From assembly GCA_038065695.1 (NCBI GenBank), contig JBBTQN010000017.1, positions 1 through 56,602 of the forward strand: a stretch of 56,602 bases of DNA, read 5' to 3'. Made by a program: the position numbers and the translations under genes. The notes under the pieces were generated by a model. The model saw only the letters and a list, made by a program, of their open reading frames with translations. It had not been told where the DNA came from and made no database searches. Positions 17,382 through 27,061 of the stretch are shown here, one piece after another. The DNA comes from Patescibacteria group bacterium (GTDB taxonomy: Bacteria; Patescibacteriota; Patescibacteriia; 2-01-FULL-39-33). Within the stretch, counting starts at the first letter, position 1. Every line of letters begins with the position of its first letter.

Positions 17382-18194
17382 TACGACGATCATCACCCTT
17401 TCCCCTTGTCTCATCTCCTCCTCACTCATCCCGTCTTGACCGAGGAGATGATCCCAATTATGGACGGCGGAAATTAAAATATTATAAGGATAGCGAAAGC
17501 CATTCCCCTTTCTCGTGCCTGGGTCGTTGGTAATAAATTCACTGTTGTTATAACCCTTAATGACCAAAGCGTGATAAATCGGACCGGGCTGTTTGAAATT
17601 TGGGTTATGAAGGTCGCGGCCGGCGGCCGGCGCGATAACCAAATTACCTCGTGAAATTTCATATTTTATCCGGTCAACCGTCACCTCTTTGTTTACGGAA
17701 GCCGACAAGCCGAAATAATTTTTTAAAATATCAGCCATCTCTTCAGCAGTCAAATCTATTTCGTAGCCATTTTCCTCCTCCCACTTCACCAGTTTTTGGA
17801 TTTCTTCTTCCATGATCGTCTCATTAAGCGGCTGTTTTTTAAAATATTTAGCCGCCATAATCATCGCCGCTTCCTCGCACGCTTCTTCATGAAGCGCGTC
17901 CCAATTGGCGAACGGGGCCTGCGAGGCAAACGAAACCGAGAGCTCAAACTTTGACGGCACCTCAATGGCTTCTCTCCCTGCCCCGTTCCCCTCCCCCTTA
18001 CTAAGGGGGAGGTTGGGAGGGGGTTGGGTATTGGGCGTCAAACTCGCCTCTTGAGAACTATTATTTATGTTGACGCTCACAAAATCCGGCCGTCTCGCGC
18101 AGCCGGCTAAAAATAAAAATATAAAAATACACCCCAGTAGCACAGCAAAGCTGGCTACGGGGCGAGGAAAATATAAAAATATAATTTTTTTCAT
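17373..18194 (-). CDS. Peptidase C39-like lipoprotein
   Basis: FLAGC lipobox; SQAPFANW...ACEEA...YHALVIKGY...NDPG papain-like motifs; start position uncertain. Confidence 0.85.
   Translation of the reverse strand: MKKIIFLYFPRPVASFAVLLGCIFIFLFLAGCARRPDFVSVNINNSSQEASLTPNTQPPPNLPLSKGEGNGAGREAIEVPSKFELSVSFASQAPFANWDALHEEACEEAAMIMAAKYFKKQPLNETIMEEEIQKLVKWEEENGYEIDLTAEEMADILKNYFGLSASVNKEVTVDRIKYEISRGNLVIAPAAGRDLHNPNFKQPGPIYHALVIKGYNNSEFITNDPGTRKGNGFRYPYNILISAVHNWDHLLGQDGMSEEEMRQGERVMIVVNF
17990..18025. repeat. CCTCCCCCTTA-C-TAAGGGGGAGG palindromic element within the CDS
   Basis: Hairpin plus TTGGGAGGGGG tail; encodes PPPNLPLSKGEG in the linker. Confidence 0.7.
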
Positions 18195-18235
18195 AAATTT
18201 TAACATTATTTTTATATTTTTATATTCTTGTGTTT

Positions 18236-18394
18236 TTATGATTTGCCAATCCGCGGCTGGGATTTCTTCTCGGCCTCAAAGCGAGATTTAATCTGTTGGC
18301 TTTTAATGATGGTTTTCCCTCTCATTGCCGACGACGACCGATAGCCCGGATTGCCTCGTTTATTGCCTACTTTGGCTCTGGCGCTGGCTCGCAT
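18236..18394 (-). CDS. Small basic protein (52 aa)
   Basis: MRASARAKVGNKRGNPGYRSSSAMRGKTIIKSQQIKSRFEAEKKSQPRIGKS; GC-richer than its flanks; TATAAT upstream. Confidence 0.55.
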   Translation of the reverse strand: MRASARAKVGNKRGNPGYRSSSAMRGKTIIKSQQIKSRFEAEKKSQPRIGKS

Positions 18395-18482
18395 AATATT
18401 TGAAGTTATTATTCTATTCTACTTATTATAATACAATTAAAAACTTTAAAAAAGGACTAAAAAAATAACTAAAATAGTATCC

Positions 18483-18511
18483 TTGACTATCTCCCCCATT
18501 TCTGCTAAACT
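18483..18511 (+). promoter_or_regulatory. rpmA promoter
   Basis: TTGACT-17-TAAACT with extended TG. Confidence 0.7.
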
Positions 18512-18525
18512 ACCTAAGTAAAATT

Positions 18526-18565
18526 AATTTCTTAATTTCTTAATTTCTTAATTTCTTAATTTCTT
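18526..18565. repeat. (AATTTCTT)5 tandem repeat in the rpmA 5' UTR
   Basis: Five exact octamers. Confidence 0.95.
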
Positions 18566-18570
18566 AAACT

Positions 18571-18843
18571 ATGGCCCATAAGAAAGCGGGCGGCAGTACT
18601 CGGCTGGGCCGAGATTCCAACGCCCAACGGCTCGGCATCAAGCTCTACGGCGGCGAAATCGCCAAACCGGGAGCGATCATCGTCCGGCAACGAGGCACCA
18701 GATATCGCCCGGGAAAAAACACCAAACTCGGCAAAGACGACACGATTTTCGCCACTAAAACCGGCGCGGTTAAGTATAACCGAAGAAAAGTAAGAAAATT
18801 CACCGGCAAACTGGAATACGCCCAAATTGTGAATGTGGAATAA
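18571..18843 (+). CDS. rpmA: 50S ribosomal protein L27
   Basis: [24 protein letters not shown]...IIVRQRGT. Confidence 0.98.
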   Translation: MAHKKAGGSTRLGRDSNAQRLGIKLYGGEIAKPGAIIVRQRGTRYRPGKNTKLGKDDTIFATKTGAVKYNRRKVRKFTGKLEYAQIVNVE

Positions 18844-18852
18844 ATCTTCTCA

Positions 18853-18884
18853 AAAAAACAGCCTAAATTAAAAGGCTGTTTTTT
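18853..18884 (+). terminator. Terminator (bidirectional-like)
   Basis: AAAAAACAGCCT...AGGCTGTTTTTT. Confidence 0.8.
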
Positions 18885-19053
18885 GATACAAAAAAAGAGA
18901 AGAAACTAAAATTACAAATTCAAAATCTCAAATTCCAAACAAAATTTGTTATTTGTAATTTGCTGGCTTAGCCAGCATCCCGCTTAAGCGGGATGATTAC
19001 CGAGTAATCAATTTGGTGCTTTAACTATTTTTTAATTTTAAATCCTGTCAATT

Positions 19054-20691
19054 TTATTTTTTCACTGATATCCCTGCTTCAACTAATCCAAGGAAAAGCG
19101 GGTGCGGATTAAGCGGGCGAGATTTGAATTCGGGATGGAATTGAACGCCGACAAAAAACGGATGGCTGTCCGGCGGAAGCTCCACTATCTCCACCAGCTT
19201 GTTGTCCGGCGAAGTGCCAGAGATGACCAAACCATTTTTTTCCAATAAACTACGATAGGTATTATTGAATTCATAGCGATGACGATGACGTTCATTGATC
19301 TTATTCTTACCATAAAGCTTTTGCGCCAATGTCCCCCGTTTTAAAACACAGGGCCAAGCACCCAAACGCATCGTATTGCCGTATTGTTTCTTGGCCAGCT
19401 TCTCGGCTTGTTCGGGCATAATGTGGATGACCGGATTTTTGGTCTTGGGATTGATTTCCGTGGTATTGGCGTCTTTTAAACCGCAAACCGAGCGAGCGAA
19501 TTCAACGACCATCAGTTGCATGCCGTAGCAAAGCCCGAGATAAGGGAGGTGATTTCTTCTCGCGTAGCCGATGGCGGCGATTTTTCCTTCCACGCCGCGG
19601 CTGCCGAATCCGCCCGGCACCACCAGACAATTAAAATTTTTAAGTTCTTTCAAAGCCGCCGGATCTTTTTCGTAAAGGTCGCTGTTTAACCATTCAATTT
19701 GCGCTTTTCTTTTGTATTTCCAACAAGCGTATTTAATGCTCTCAATCACCGAGATATAGGCGTCGGACAAAATAAATTCTCCGGACGCGAAATATTTGCC
19801 AATAATCCCGACTCTCACTTTATCTTTGCCATTACCAGCGATCGCCACCATCCGGCGCCAAGCGTTTAAATTTTTTTGCTTGGGTTTCAGGCCGAACCGT
19901 TTCAATATCTTTTCCGACAATTTGTCTTTTTCAAAATTTATCGGCACTTGATAAACAATATCAATGTCGGGCGCGGAAATAATCGCGTCTTTTTGGACAT
20001 TGCAGAAAAGAGCGATTTTTTCTTTCCGAGGATTATCAATCGGCTGCTCGGCGCGGCACAGAATGAAGTCCGGCTGAATGCCCGCCGAGTTGAGCGATTT
20101 GACGGCCATCTGCGTCGGCTTGGTTTTCATTTCGCCAATTTTGGACGGAACCGGGAGATAAGTGACGAAAATAAACAAGACGTCTTCCGGATTTTTAAGA
20201 TGCATCATTCTGGCCGCTTCCAAAAATAAAATATTCTGGTATTCGCCGGCCGTCCCGCCAATCTCCACCATCGTAATTTCGGCCCGAGATTTTGTCGCTG
20301 CTTTTTTTATCCGGTCAATCACCTCATAAGGAATGTGCGGCACCACTTCCACGCACTTGCCGCCGTATTCCAAGTTGCGCTCGCGACTAATAACCGACTG
20401 ATACACCCGGCCGGTCGTCATATAATTGTCGCGCAAAATATTGGCGTCCAAAAAGCGCTCATAATTACCGATATCCTGGTCGGTCTCGTCGCCGTCATCG
20501 GTCACAAACACTTCACCGTGCTCCACCGGGTTCATCGTTCCCGCGTCCACATTAATATACGGGTCAATTTTGACCGCCGTCACCCGAAAGCCGCGACTTT
20601 TCAAAATCAAACCAATGGAAGCCGAGGCGATGCCTTTGCCCACGCCGGACATCACGCCGCCGATGACGAAGATATATTTTTTATGAGACAT
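19054..20691 (-). CDS. pyrG: CTP synthase
   Basis: GGVMSGVGKGI, KTKPTQ, GLCYGMQ, ERHRHRYE, QFHPEF. Confidence 0.98.
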   Translation of the reverse strand: MSHKKYIFVIGGVMSGVGKGIASASIGLILKSRGFRVTAVKIDPYINVDAGTMNPVEHGEVFVTDDGDETDQDIGNYERFLDANILRDNYMTTGRVYQSVISRERNLEYGGKCVEVVPHIPYEVIDRIKKAATKSRAEITMVEIGGTAGEYQNILFLEAARMMHLKNPEDVLFIFVTYLPVPSKIGEMKTKPTQMAVKSLNSAGIQPDFILCRAEQPIDNPRKEKIALFCNVQKDAIISAPDIDIVYQVPINFEKDKLSEKILKRFGLKPKQKNLNAWRRMVAIAGNGKDKVRVGIIGKYFASGEFILSDAYISVIESIKYACWKYKRKAQIEWLNSDLYEKDPAALKELKNFNCLVVPGGFGSRGVEGKIAAIGYARRNHLPYLGLCYGMQLMVVEFARSVCGLKDANTTEINPKTKNPVIHIMPEQAEKLAKKQYGNTMRLGAWPCVLKRGTLAQKLYGKNKINERHRHRYEFNNTYRSLLEKNGLVISGTSPDNKLVEIVELPPDSHPFFVGVQFHPEFKSRPLNPHPLFLGLVEAGISVKK

Positions 20692-20701
20692 AAAATATTT
20701 T

Positions 20702-20798
20702 AGTCAAAAGTCAAAAATTAAAAATTAAAAGTCAAATTTATAAAATTATAAGATAAAAATCCAAAATTTTAGACTTTTGACTTTAGATTTTAGACTTT
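20702..20798. repeat. Inverted heptamer-array element (AAAAGTC / GACTTTT)
   Basis: Same unit type as 11203-11299. Confidence 0.75.
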
Positions 20799-20866
20799 TA
20801 TAAACTCATCTCATAAAAAAATAGAGGGTGATATTCCTCTATTTTTACTTTTTAAGAACGAGGAAA

Positions 20867-21307
20867 TTATTCCGTCACAATCACGGTAATCTCCGCTTCC
20901 AAGCCGTGGTCCAAAGTGACCGTCACCGGATACTCCCCGGCTTCTTTAATCGGCTCGGGCAAAACCACTTGACCTTTCTTGACTTCAAAACCGATTTCTT
21001 TGAGATTTTTAATAATCATCGGCGCGGTAATGGCGGCATAAAGCCGGCCTTCTTCGTTCACTCTGCCTTTTATTTCAATCGCCGTGCCGTTGAGACGCTC
21101 GGCGATTTTTTCCATTACCACCAAATCTTCTTCGGCCAGCTTGGCTTTCATTTCCTTTTCTAATTCAAGTTTTTTTACATTCTCTTCCGTCGCCGGCTCC
21201 ACCAAATTTTTCGCCAACAAAAAATTACGGGCATAACCGTCGGAAACCTCTCTGATTTCGCCCGCCTCGCCGAGCTTGGGAATATTTTTAAGGAGAATGA
21301 CTTTCAT
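20867..21307 (-). CDS. rplI: 50S ribosomal protein L9
   Basis: MKVILLKNIPKLG...VSDGYARNFLL. Confidence 0.97.
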   Translation of the reverse strand: MKVILLKNIPKLGEAGEIREVSDGYARNFLLAKNLVEPATEENVKKLELEKEMKAKLAEEDLVVMEKIAERLNGTAIEIKGRVNEEGRLYAAITAPMIIKNLKEIGFEVKKGQVVLPEPIKEAGEYPVTVTLDHGLEAEITVIVTE

Positions 21308-21321
21308 AAATAATTTTCACC

Positions 21322-21475
21322 GTCATCCCGAGCGAAGTCCCGCCCCGCAGTTTGGGGGGGGGGCGGGACGAAGCATGGGGATCCCATGGGGTTAAAGAGG
21401 AACACTTTTAAAAAACATGGGATTGCTTCAGTCCCCCCGCTTTCGCGGGGGCTAAAGGCGCTCCCTCGCAATGAC
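21322..21475. repeat. GTCAT...ATGAC REP/MITE-like element
   Basis: Ends GTCATCCCGAG / CTCGCAATGAC; reverse-complement homolog of 31562-31694. Confidence 0.85.
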
Positions 21476-21558
21476 AATATAAATTGAAAATTTTAAAATT
21501 TCGCTTTTATTATATCAAAACAGAAAGATATTTATAAGACCGCTGCGTCAAGCCATCT

Positions 21559-22848
21559 CTATTTCAACAGTTCCATCGCTTTATCCAGCTGCGGGTCTCT
21601 GTCCTTGTTATAATCCTCATCGGTCAGCTCAATTTCTATATCCGGCTCAATGCCCGCCTCATCAATGGAACGGCCTTTGGGCGTGAACCACTTGGCAATC
21701 GTTAATTTGACCGAGGAGCCGTCTTCAAGCTGGGTCAAATCCTGCACCGAGCCCTTGCCAAATGTCTTTTCCCCGACAATTTTGGCAAAGCTCAAATCCT
21801 GCAAAGCGCCCGCCACAATTTCTGAAGCCGAAGCGCTGCCGCCATTAACCAAAACCACGGTCGGGTATTTGTCCAGCCGCGCTTTGCGCTCGCTTCGGTG
21901 CTTGATTTCTTCGCCGCTTCTTAGTTTTTCCGAGACCACCGTTTCGCTGTCTATCCACTCGCCAGCGATGTCAATCGCCGATTGCAAATATCCGCCCGGA
22001 TTATTCCTTAAATCCAAAATTATGCCTTTGATCCCGCTGTTTTTGGCAATCTCGGCGATAATGCCTTCAAAAAGCGGCAGGGTATCGTCATTGAACTGGC
22101 GCATTTTGATGTGGGCGACATTGCCTTTCTGCTCCCAGGTTACGCTTTTGACCACGATAGCGTCCCTCACTATTATAAATTCCTTGGGACTGGAGAATCC
22201 CTCGCGATAAATTAATAAATTTACCTTAGTGCCTTTCTTGCCCCGAATCTGACTGATAGCTTGATCCAAACTCATCGCCGAAGCGTCTTTGCCGTTGATT
22301 TCCACAATAATGTCTTTGGGGCGCAAACCCGCTTTAATCGCCGGCGAGTCCGGCAAAGGCGAAATAATGGTCAAATTATTGTCCTTCATTCCGATTTCCG
22401 CGCCGATGCCCTCAAAACTGCCTTTGATTTCATTTTCAAATTCCGTGGTATCGGTTGGCGTCAAAAAAACCGAATAAGGATCGTCCAAAGACGCCACGAT
22501 GCCGGCGAGCGAGCCGTAAAAAAGTTTGGTGTCAGGAACATCTTTCTGATAATATTTACTCCTGACCAAATCCCAAACTTCCCAAAAAAGATTAAAATCA
22601 ACGTCTTTGGTGAGATAAGTAGGCAAGCCGCCGCCCAAATTTTCAACTGTTCCCGGCTGGGGGGTGGTCTGAATCCAATCCCTTGACTGAATTCTTCCGT
22701 CCAGCCAAAAAGTGTTGCCTCCCAAGGCGACGCCGCCGACAAAAACCGCGATAATAAGAATAACCGCTATTTTAAAAGATATTCTTCGGCCTGATTGAGC
22801 GGATTTAAACCACATTTCCGAACCGCTGCTCCTCTTTCTAAAAAACAT
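21559..22848 (-). CDS. C-terminal processing peptidase (S41, CtpA-like) with PDZ domain
   Basis: LDDPYS, FEGIGA, LDLRNNPGG, SASASEIVAGAL, TFGKGSVQ. Confidence 0.96.
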   Translation of the reverse strand: MFFRKRSSGSEMWFKSAQSGRRISFKIAVILIIAVFVGGVALGGNTFWLDGRIQSRDWIQTTPQPGTVENLGGGLPTYLTKDVDFNLFWEVWDLVRSKYYQKDVPDTKLFYGSLAGIVASLDDPYSVFLTPTDTTEFENEIKGSFEGIGAEIGMKDNNLTIISPLPDSPAIKAGLRPKDIIVEINGKDASAMSLDQAISQIRGKKGTKVNLLIYREGFSSPKEFIIVRDAIVVKSVTWEQKGNVAHIKMRQFNDDTLPLFEGIIAEIAKNSGIKGIILDLRNNPGGYLQSAIDIAGEWIDSETVVSEKLRSGEEIKHRSERKARLDKYPTVVLVNGGSASASEIVAGALQDLSFAKIVGEKTFGKGSVQDLTQLEDGSSVKLTIAKWFTPKGRSIDEAGIEPDIEIELTDEDYNKDRDPQLDKAMELLK

Positions 22849-22895
22849 GGGATTGGGTTGAAAAATTATTTAGTTTCCCGCCGCTTCTCTCTTTC

Positions 22896-22981
22896 CGTCA
22901 TTCCCGCGAAAGCGGGAATCCAGAATAAAAGCACGGATTTAATTTAAATTAGCCTGGATCCCGGCTTTCGCCGGGATGACG
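22896..22981. repeat. GTCATTCCCGCGAAAGCGGGAATCCAG...CTGGATCCCGG...GGGATGAC element (dRS3-like core)
   Basis: Contains ATTCCC-N8-GGGAAT; terminal CGTCAT/ATGACG. Confidence 0.85.
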
Positions 22982-23212
22982 ATTTAGTGAGTTTTGAATT
23001 CAAAAAAATTGTTTAATTCTCCCGCCAATAGCGGTTTTAATTACCATTGTATTTTACCAGAAATAAAAAAGCAAAGCAAAAAGAAAAGGCCCAGACCCGT
23101 TAAGGTGGTCTGGACCTGTAGATTCAGGAGCTTCCTATCTCTCTACGGGGGCTTAGGAATGAACATTCGACGCTACTCTTCAGAAGCGCCATTGGAGGTT
23201 GGCGCCGCGCGG

Positions 23213-23815
23213 TTAAATAAACACCGCCATGCCGATAAGCGCATAGAAAACCAATGATAACACTAAATACGCTTTTGGGGTATCGTTAGTGGCGGCCGCG
23301 GCGAAGGCGGCGACCGCGGCGGCCGCGGCGAAGGCGACGACGGCGGCGGCGGCGACGAGGGCGGCGAAGGCGGCGAAGACGACGGCGAAGACGGCGAGGG
23401 CCATACTGTTTCCCCTTGTCATTGCCAATAGGTTTGACCACAACATTAATCCAACCGCTATCAGGCAAAATACCACATATGAGGCGATTTTGGGCTTGCC
23501 TTCGATGGCGCCGGCTTTGGTAATCGCTTGGATGCGGCCGTCTTTAAAGACCACTGTCTTTTCGTATTTCTGAAGCGGCGCCACATGCCAAAAATCAACT
23601 CTTTCTAAAACGGCGGGCAGGCAGATCGGAACTTCTTGTCCCGGATTATTTACCGCTTCTATCTCTGCCTCGGTAAGAGGGCGCCATTCTTCAGGAACTT
23701 CCGCTGATACGACTTCGCCACTTTTGTTTATCTTCAGCATAGATTCGGCCTTGGCGATTCCCGAAACCGTCAACATTAGAACCGCCAGAAGCGACAGACG
23801 AGCCATCATTCTCAT
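23213..23815 (-). CDS. Hypothetical membrane protein with Ala/Val/Phe low-complexity TM region
   Basis: Signal peptide, AAGGAG SD, own TTGACA-17-TATACT promoter; terminator near 23084-23115. Confidence 0.8.
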   Translation of the reverse strand: MRMMARLSLLAVLMLTVSGIAKAESMLKINKSGEVVSAEVPEEWRPLTEAEIEAVNNPGQEVPICLPAVLERVDFWHVAPLQKYEKTVVFKDGRIQAITKAGAIEGKPKIASYVVFCLIAVGLMLWSNLLAMTRGNSMALAVFAVVFAAFAALVAAAAVVAFAAAAAVAAFAAAATNDTPKAYLVLSLVFYALIGMAVFI

Positions 23816-23970
23816 ATATAGTCTCCTTGTTTGGGGCTAATCGCCCCGATTTCCCTTGGTTTTGACGTACATCAGGAAGTTTATCCTGAATAAACCAGTA
23901 TAGCATATCCGCATAATTTTGTCAAGATGAAAAAAATATCAAAATATGACATAATAAATAACAGAAAAAT

Positions 23971-25227
23971 ATGCAGAAATATCTAATCCAAGGAGGACAT
24001 AAACTGTCCGGCGAGATAAAAGTCGCTGGCGCCAAAAATGCCGCTTTAAAAATTATGGCGGCTGGAATTTTGTCTGACGAATCTCTGATTGTCAAAAACG
24101 CGCCGGACATAGAAGACATCAGCCGGATGAAAGAAATCTTGGAAAATTTAGGCGCGAAAATTTCGCGGGACGGCGCGATTTTAACCATTGATCCGAAAGA
24201 GATAAAACAATCAAACCCCGACCCGGAGCTGGTCAGAAAATTGCGCTCATCAGTGATGCTTGCCGGTCCGCTTCTGGCTCGATTCGGCGAAGTGACGCTT
24301 GCCCATCCCGGCGGCTGCATCATCGGCAAACGGCCGATTGATTTATTCCTTGCCGGCTTCAAGGCGATGGGCGCCAAAATTTTTGACCATCAAGGAGACG
24401 GCTTTTACTCGCTCAAAGCCAAGCGGCTTCACGGAGCGAAAATCATTCTGCCCTGGGTCGCCGTCACCGCCACGGAAAGCTTGATGATGACCGCTTGCCT
24501 GGCGGAAGGAACGACGACGATAACAAACGCCGCGATGGAGCCGGAAATTCCCGCGCTCGCCGCTTATTTGAATTCCGGCGGCGCCAAAATTTCCGGCGCC
24601 GGCACGCCCGTCATTAGGATTGAGGGCGTGGAAAAATTATCCGGCGGCGAATATGAGCTTATCCCCGATCGCATTGAAGCCGGCTCATTCGCCATTATGG
24701 GGCTCGCGACCGAAAGTGAAATAAAAATTACCAACTGCCGGCCCGAACATTTGGAAACCGAGCTGTTTATGCTGCAAAAAGCCGGCGGCAATTTGGAAAT
24801 CGGTCCGGATTATATTATTACCAAACCGAGTAAACTTCACGGCGTTGAGCTCCGCACCCATGAATATCCCGGCTTTGCCACCGACCTCCAAGCGCCCTTC
24901 ACCGTGCTGATGACCCAAGCCGCGGGCCAAAGTTTGATTCACGAAACGATTTACGATGGCCGGCTTTTCTATACCGACAAATTGGCGCAAATGGGCGCGA
25001 ATATTATTTTGTGCGACCCGCACCGCGTCGTCGTGGGCGGTTCGAGCCGGCTCGTCGGCAAAAAATTGGAAAGTCCTGATTTACGCGCCGGGATGGCGCT
25101 TCTCATCGCCGGTCTTGTCGCCCGGGGCGAGACGACGATTGAAAATATTTACCAGATTGAACGGGGATACGAAAAGCTAGTGGAAAGATTACAAGGTCTG
25201 GGAGCGAAAATAGAAAAAGTTGAATAA
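23971..25227 (+). CDS. murA: UDP-N-acetylglucosamine 1-carboxyvinyltransferase
   Basis: GAKNAAL, PGGCIIGKRP, PDRIEAG, PGFATDLQ, DLRAG, IERGYE. Confidence 0.98.
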   Translation: MQKYLIQGGHKLSGEIKVAGAKNAALKIMAAGILSDESLIVKNAPDIEDISRMKEILENLGAKISRDGAILTIDPKEIKQSNPDPELVRKLRSSVMLAGPLLARFGEVTLAHPGGCIIGKRPIDLFLAGFKAMGAKIFDHQGDGFYSLKAKRLHGAKIILPWVAVTATESLMMTACLAEGTTTITNAAMEPEIPALAAYLNSGGAKISGAGTPVIRIEGVEKLSGGEYELIPDRIEAGSFAIMGLATESEIKITNCRPEHLETELFMLQKAGGNLEIGPDYIITKPSKLHGVELRTHEYPGFATDLQAPFTVLMTQAAGQSLIHETIYDGRLFYTDKLAQMGANIILCDPHRVVVGGSSRLVGKKLESPDLRAGMALLIAGLVARGETTIENIYQIERGYEKLVERLQGLGAKIEKVE

Positions 25228-25239
25228 AGTTTTTATATT

Positions 25240-26529
25240 ATGAATTCTTTAATTTCTCGTCGAATCACCTACATCGTTTTCATTGTCATCTTTCTTGTCG
25301 CCGCTCCCCTAATTGTCCTCTACACCCAAGGATTCCGCTATAATTTCCAAAAAGGCCGCGTTCAGAAAACCGGCATCTTAGTGGTGAGCTCGATTCCCAA
25401 AAAAGCCCAAATTTATCTCAATAACGAAAAAATTAAAAATCAAGAAACGCCGACTAGAATCGAAAAGCTCCTGCCGGGAGATTATGAAATCAAGCTGACT
25501 AAAGACGGTTATCACGATTGGCAGAAAAAACTGCCGATTTTTGAAAACGGCACCACCTTCGCCGAAAAAATAATTTTGTGGAAAAACAGTCTGCCGATCC
25601 CGATCAGTAATCAAAAAATAACCGACTGGCGATTGTCGCCGGACCAAAAAAAAATTGTCGGCATTGACGGCGACAATAAAATCGTTTTGCTTGATTTGGA
25701 AAAAGGAGAAATCTCTACCCTCATTCAACTAAAAAATATTAAAAAAATAAACTTTTACGACTGGTCCAATACGAGTAAAAAAATAATTATTAAAACCGAA
25801 GTTAATTTTTTGGTGATTAATATTGAAGAAAGACCAAAAATCAATCCCCAAATCGTTAGTGGCGATTACCAAACCATAAAATGGGATGCGGAAAATGATA
25901 ATCTTATCTACGGTCTTAATCAAAAAGGCATTTGGCAAATTGATTTATTCAGCCAAAAGGTCAAATCGCTGACCAATGAGCCGGTTGATGATTTTATCGC
26001 CGAAAACAGCGCGCTCTACCAATGGCAAAATGGCACGATTAAAAAACCAAACGCCGAAATGGTTGCGGCTAATTGCGACGGATGCCGAATTATTGCCAAA
26101 AAAAATAATAAAATTATTTTACTTAATGATAATAATGGCGATTTTTCTATCGTTGATTTAGAAAATAAAACCAAGGAAATAAAAAACCAAGCCAAAGCAA
26201 TTGATTGGCTTGATAATAAAACGTTTTTATTTTATAACGATTGGGAAATCTGGATTTATAATTTTGACAAAGCCGAACCGGAACTTGTCACTCGTTTGGG
26301 AACGCCGATCACCCAAGCTCTATGGCATCCGGCCGGCCGGCATATTGTCTTCGTCTCGAGTGGTAGAATCCAAGTGATTGAATTGGACAATCGCGAACTT
26401 AGAAATATCATTGAACTCGCCAAACTTGATAAAATCAACAACCTGGCACTTAACTCAAGCGGTAAAAACCTTTACTTTGACGGCAAACTCTTAAACGAAG
26501 AGGGGGTATTTGAATTGGAAATACAGTAA
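25240..26529 (+). CDS. Membrane-anchored PEGA-domain / beta-propeller protein
   Basis: N-terminal TM; TGILVVSSIPKKAQIYLN...LLPGDYEIKLTKDGY (PEGA); WD-like repeats. Confidence 0.85.
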   Translation: MNSLISRRITYIVFIVIFLVAAPLIVLYTQGFRYNFQKGRVQKTGILVVSSIPKKAQIYLNNEKIKNQETPTRIEKLLPGDYEIKLTKDGYHDWQKKLPIFENGTTFAEKIILWKNSLPIPISNQKITDWRLSPDQKKIVGIDGDNKIVLLDLEKGEISTLIQLKNIKKINFYDWSNTSKKIIIKTEVNFLVINIEERPKINPQIVSGDYQTIKWDAENDNLIYGLNQKGIWQIDLFSQKVKSLTNEPVDDFIAENSALYQWQNGTIKKPNAEMVAANCDGCRIIAKKNNKIILLNDNNGDFSIVDLENKTKEIKNQAKAIDWLDNKTFLFYNDWEIWIYNFDKAEPELVTRLGTPITQALWHPAGRHIVFVSSGRIQVIELDNRELRNIIELAKLDKINNLALNSSGKNLYFDGKLLNEEGVFELEIQ

Positions 26530-26531
26530 AC

Positions 26532-26628
26532 CCCACGAATCTACGAATCCTTTACAAATCTACAAATATTTACGCAATTCACTCCGAGAGAATTTGTAGA
26601 TTTGTAGCAAGATTTGTAGATTCGTGGG
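26532..26628. repeat. Inverted octamer-array element (TACAAATC / GATTTGTA)
   Basis: Terminal IR CCCACGAATCTAC / GTAGATTCGTGGG with about four units per arm. Confidence 0.85.
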
Positions 26629-26640
26629 AACTTAAAAATT

Positions 26641-27045
26641 CTATAAACTATTTTTTATCTTTTCCGCCACCTTTTCGGCTTCCCCTTCCCCATACGCTTT
26701 CCCAAGCCACAAATCATAGCCGTCACCCTCAAATCGCGGGACGATATGCCAGTGGACATGATTCACCACTTGTCCCGCGAGCGACCCGCTATTCAAATTC
26801 AAATTAAAATCTTCCGTCCCCACTCCTTTCAAAATCGCGGGGATGATTTTTTTTATCGCCAAGGCGACTTTGCAAAGCAAATCCTCCGGCAGCTCCAATA
26901 AGTTGGCGTAATGCTTTTTGGGAATGACTAAAGTATGCCCTGGATTTATCGGCGCGACATCCAAAAAAGCGAGAATATCCTCGTCTTCATAAACCTTGTA
27001 GCTGGGAATTTCACCCGCCACGATTTTACAGAAAATACAGTCCAT
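26641..27045 (-). CDS. HIT family hydrolase
   Basis: DCIFCKI, GHTLVIPK, HVHWHIVPR. Confidence 0.96.
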   Translation of the reverse strand: MDCIFCKIVAGEIPSYKVYEDEDILAFLDVAPINPGHTLVIPKKHYANLLELPEDLLCKVALAIKKIIPAILKGVGTEDFNLNLNSGSLAGQVVNHVHWHIVPRFEGDGYDLWLGKAYGEGEAEKVAEKIKNSL

Positions 27046-27061
27046 AAATTAAGAAATTAAA

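Noticed and set aside
23213-23815. Complete diversity-generating retroelement
   Set aside because: No RT, Avd or template repeat in the window; kept only as a hypothesis
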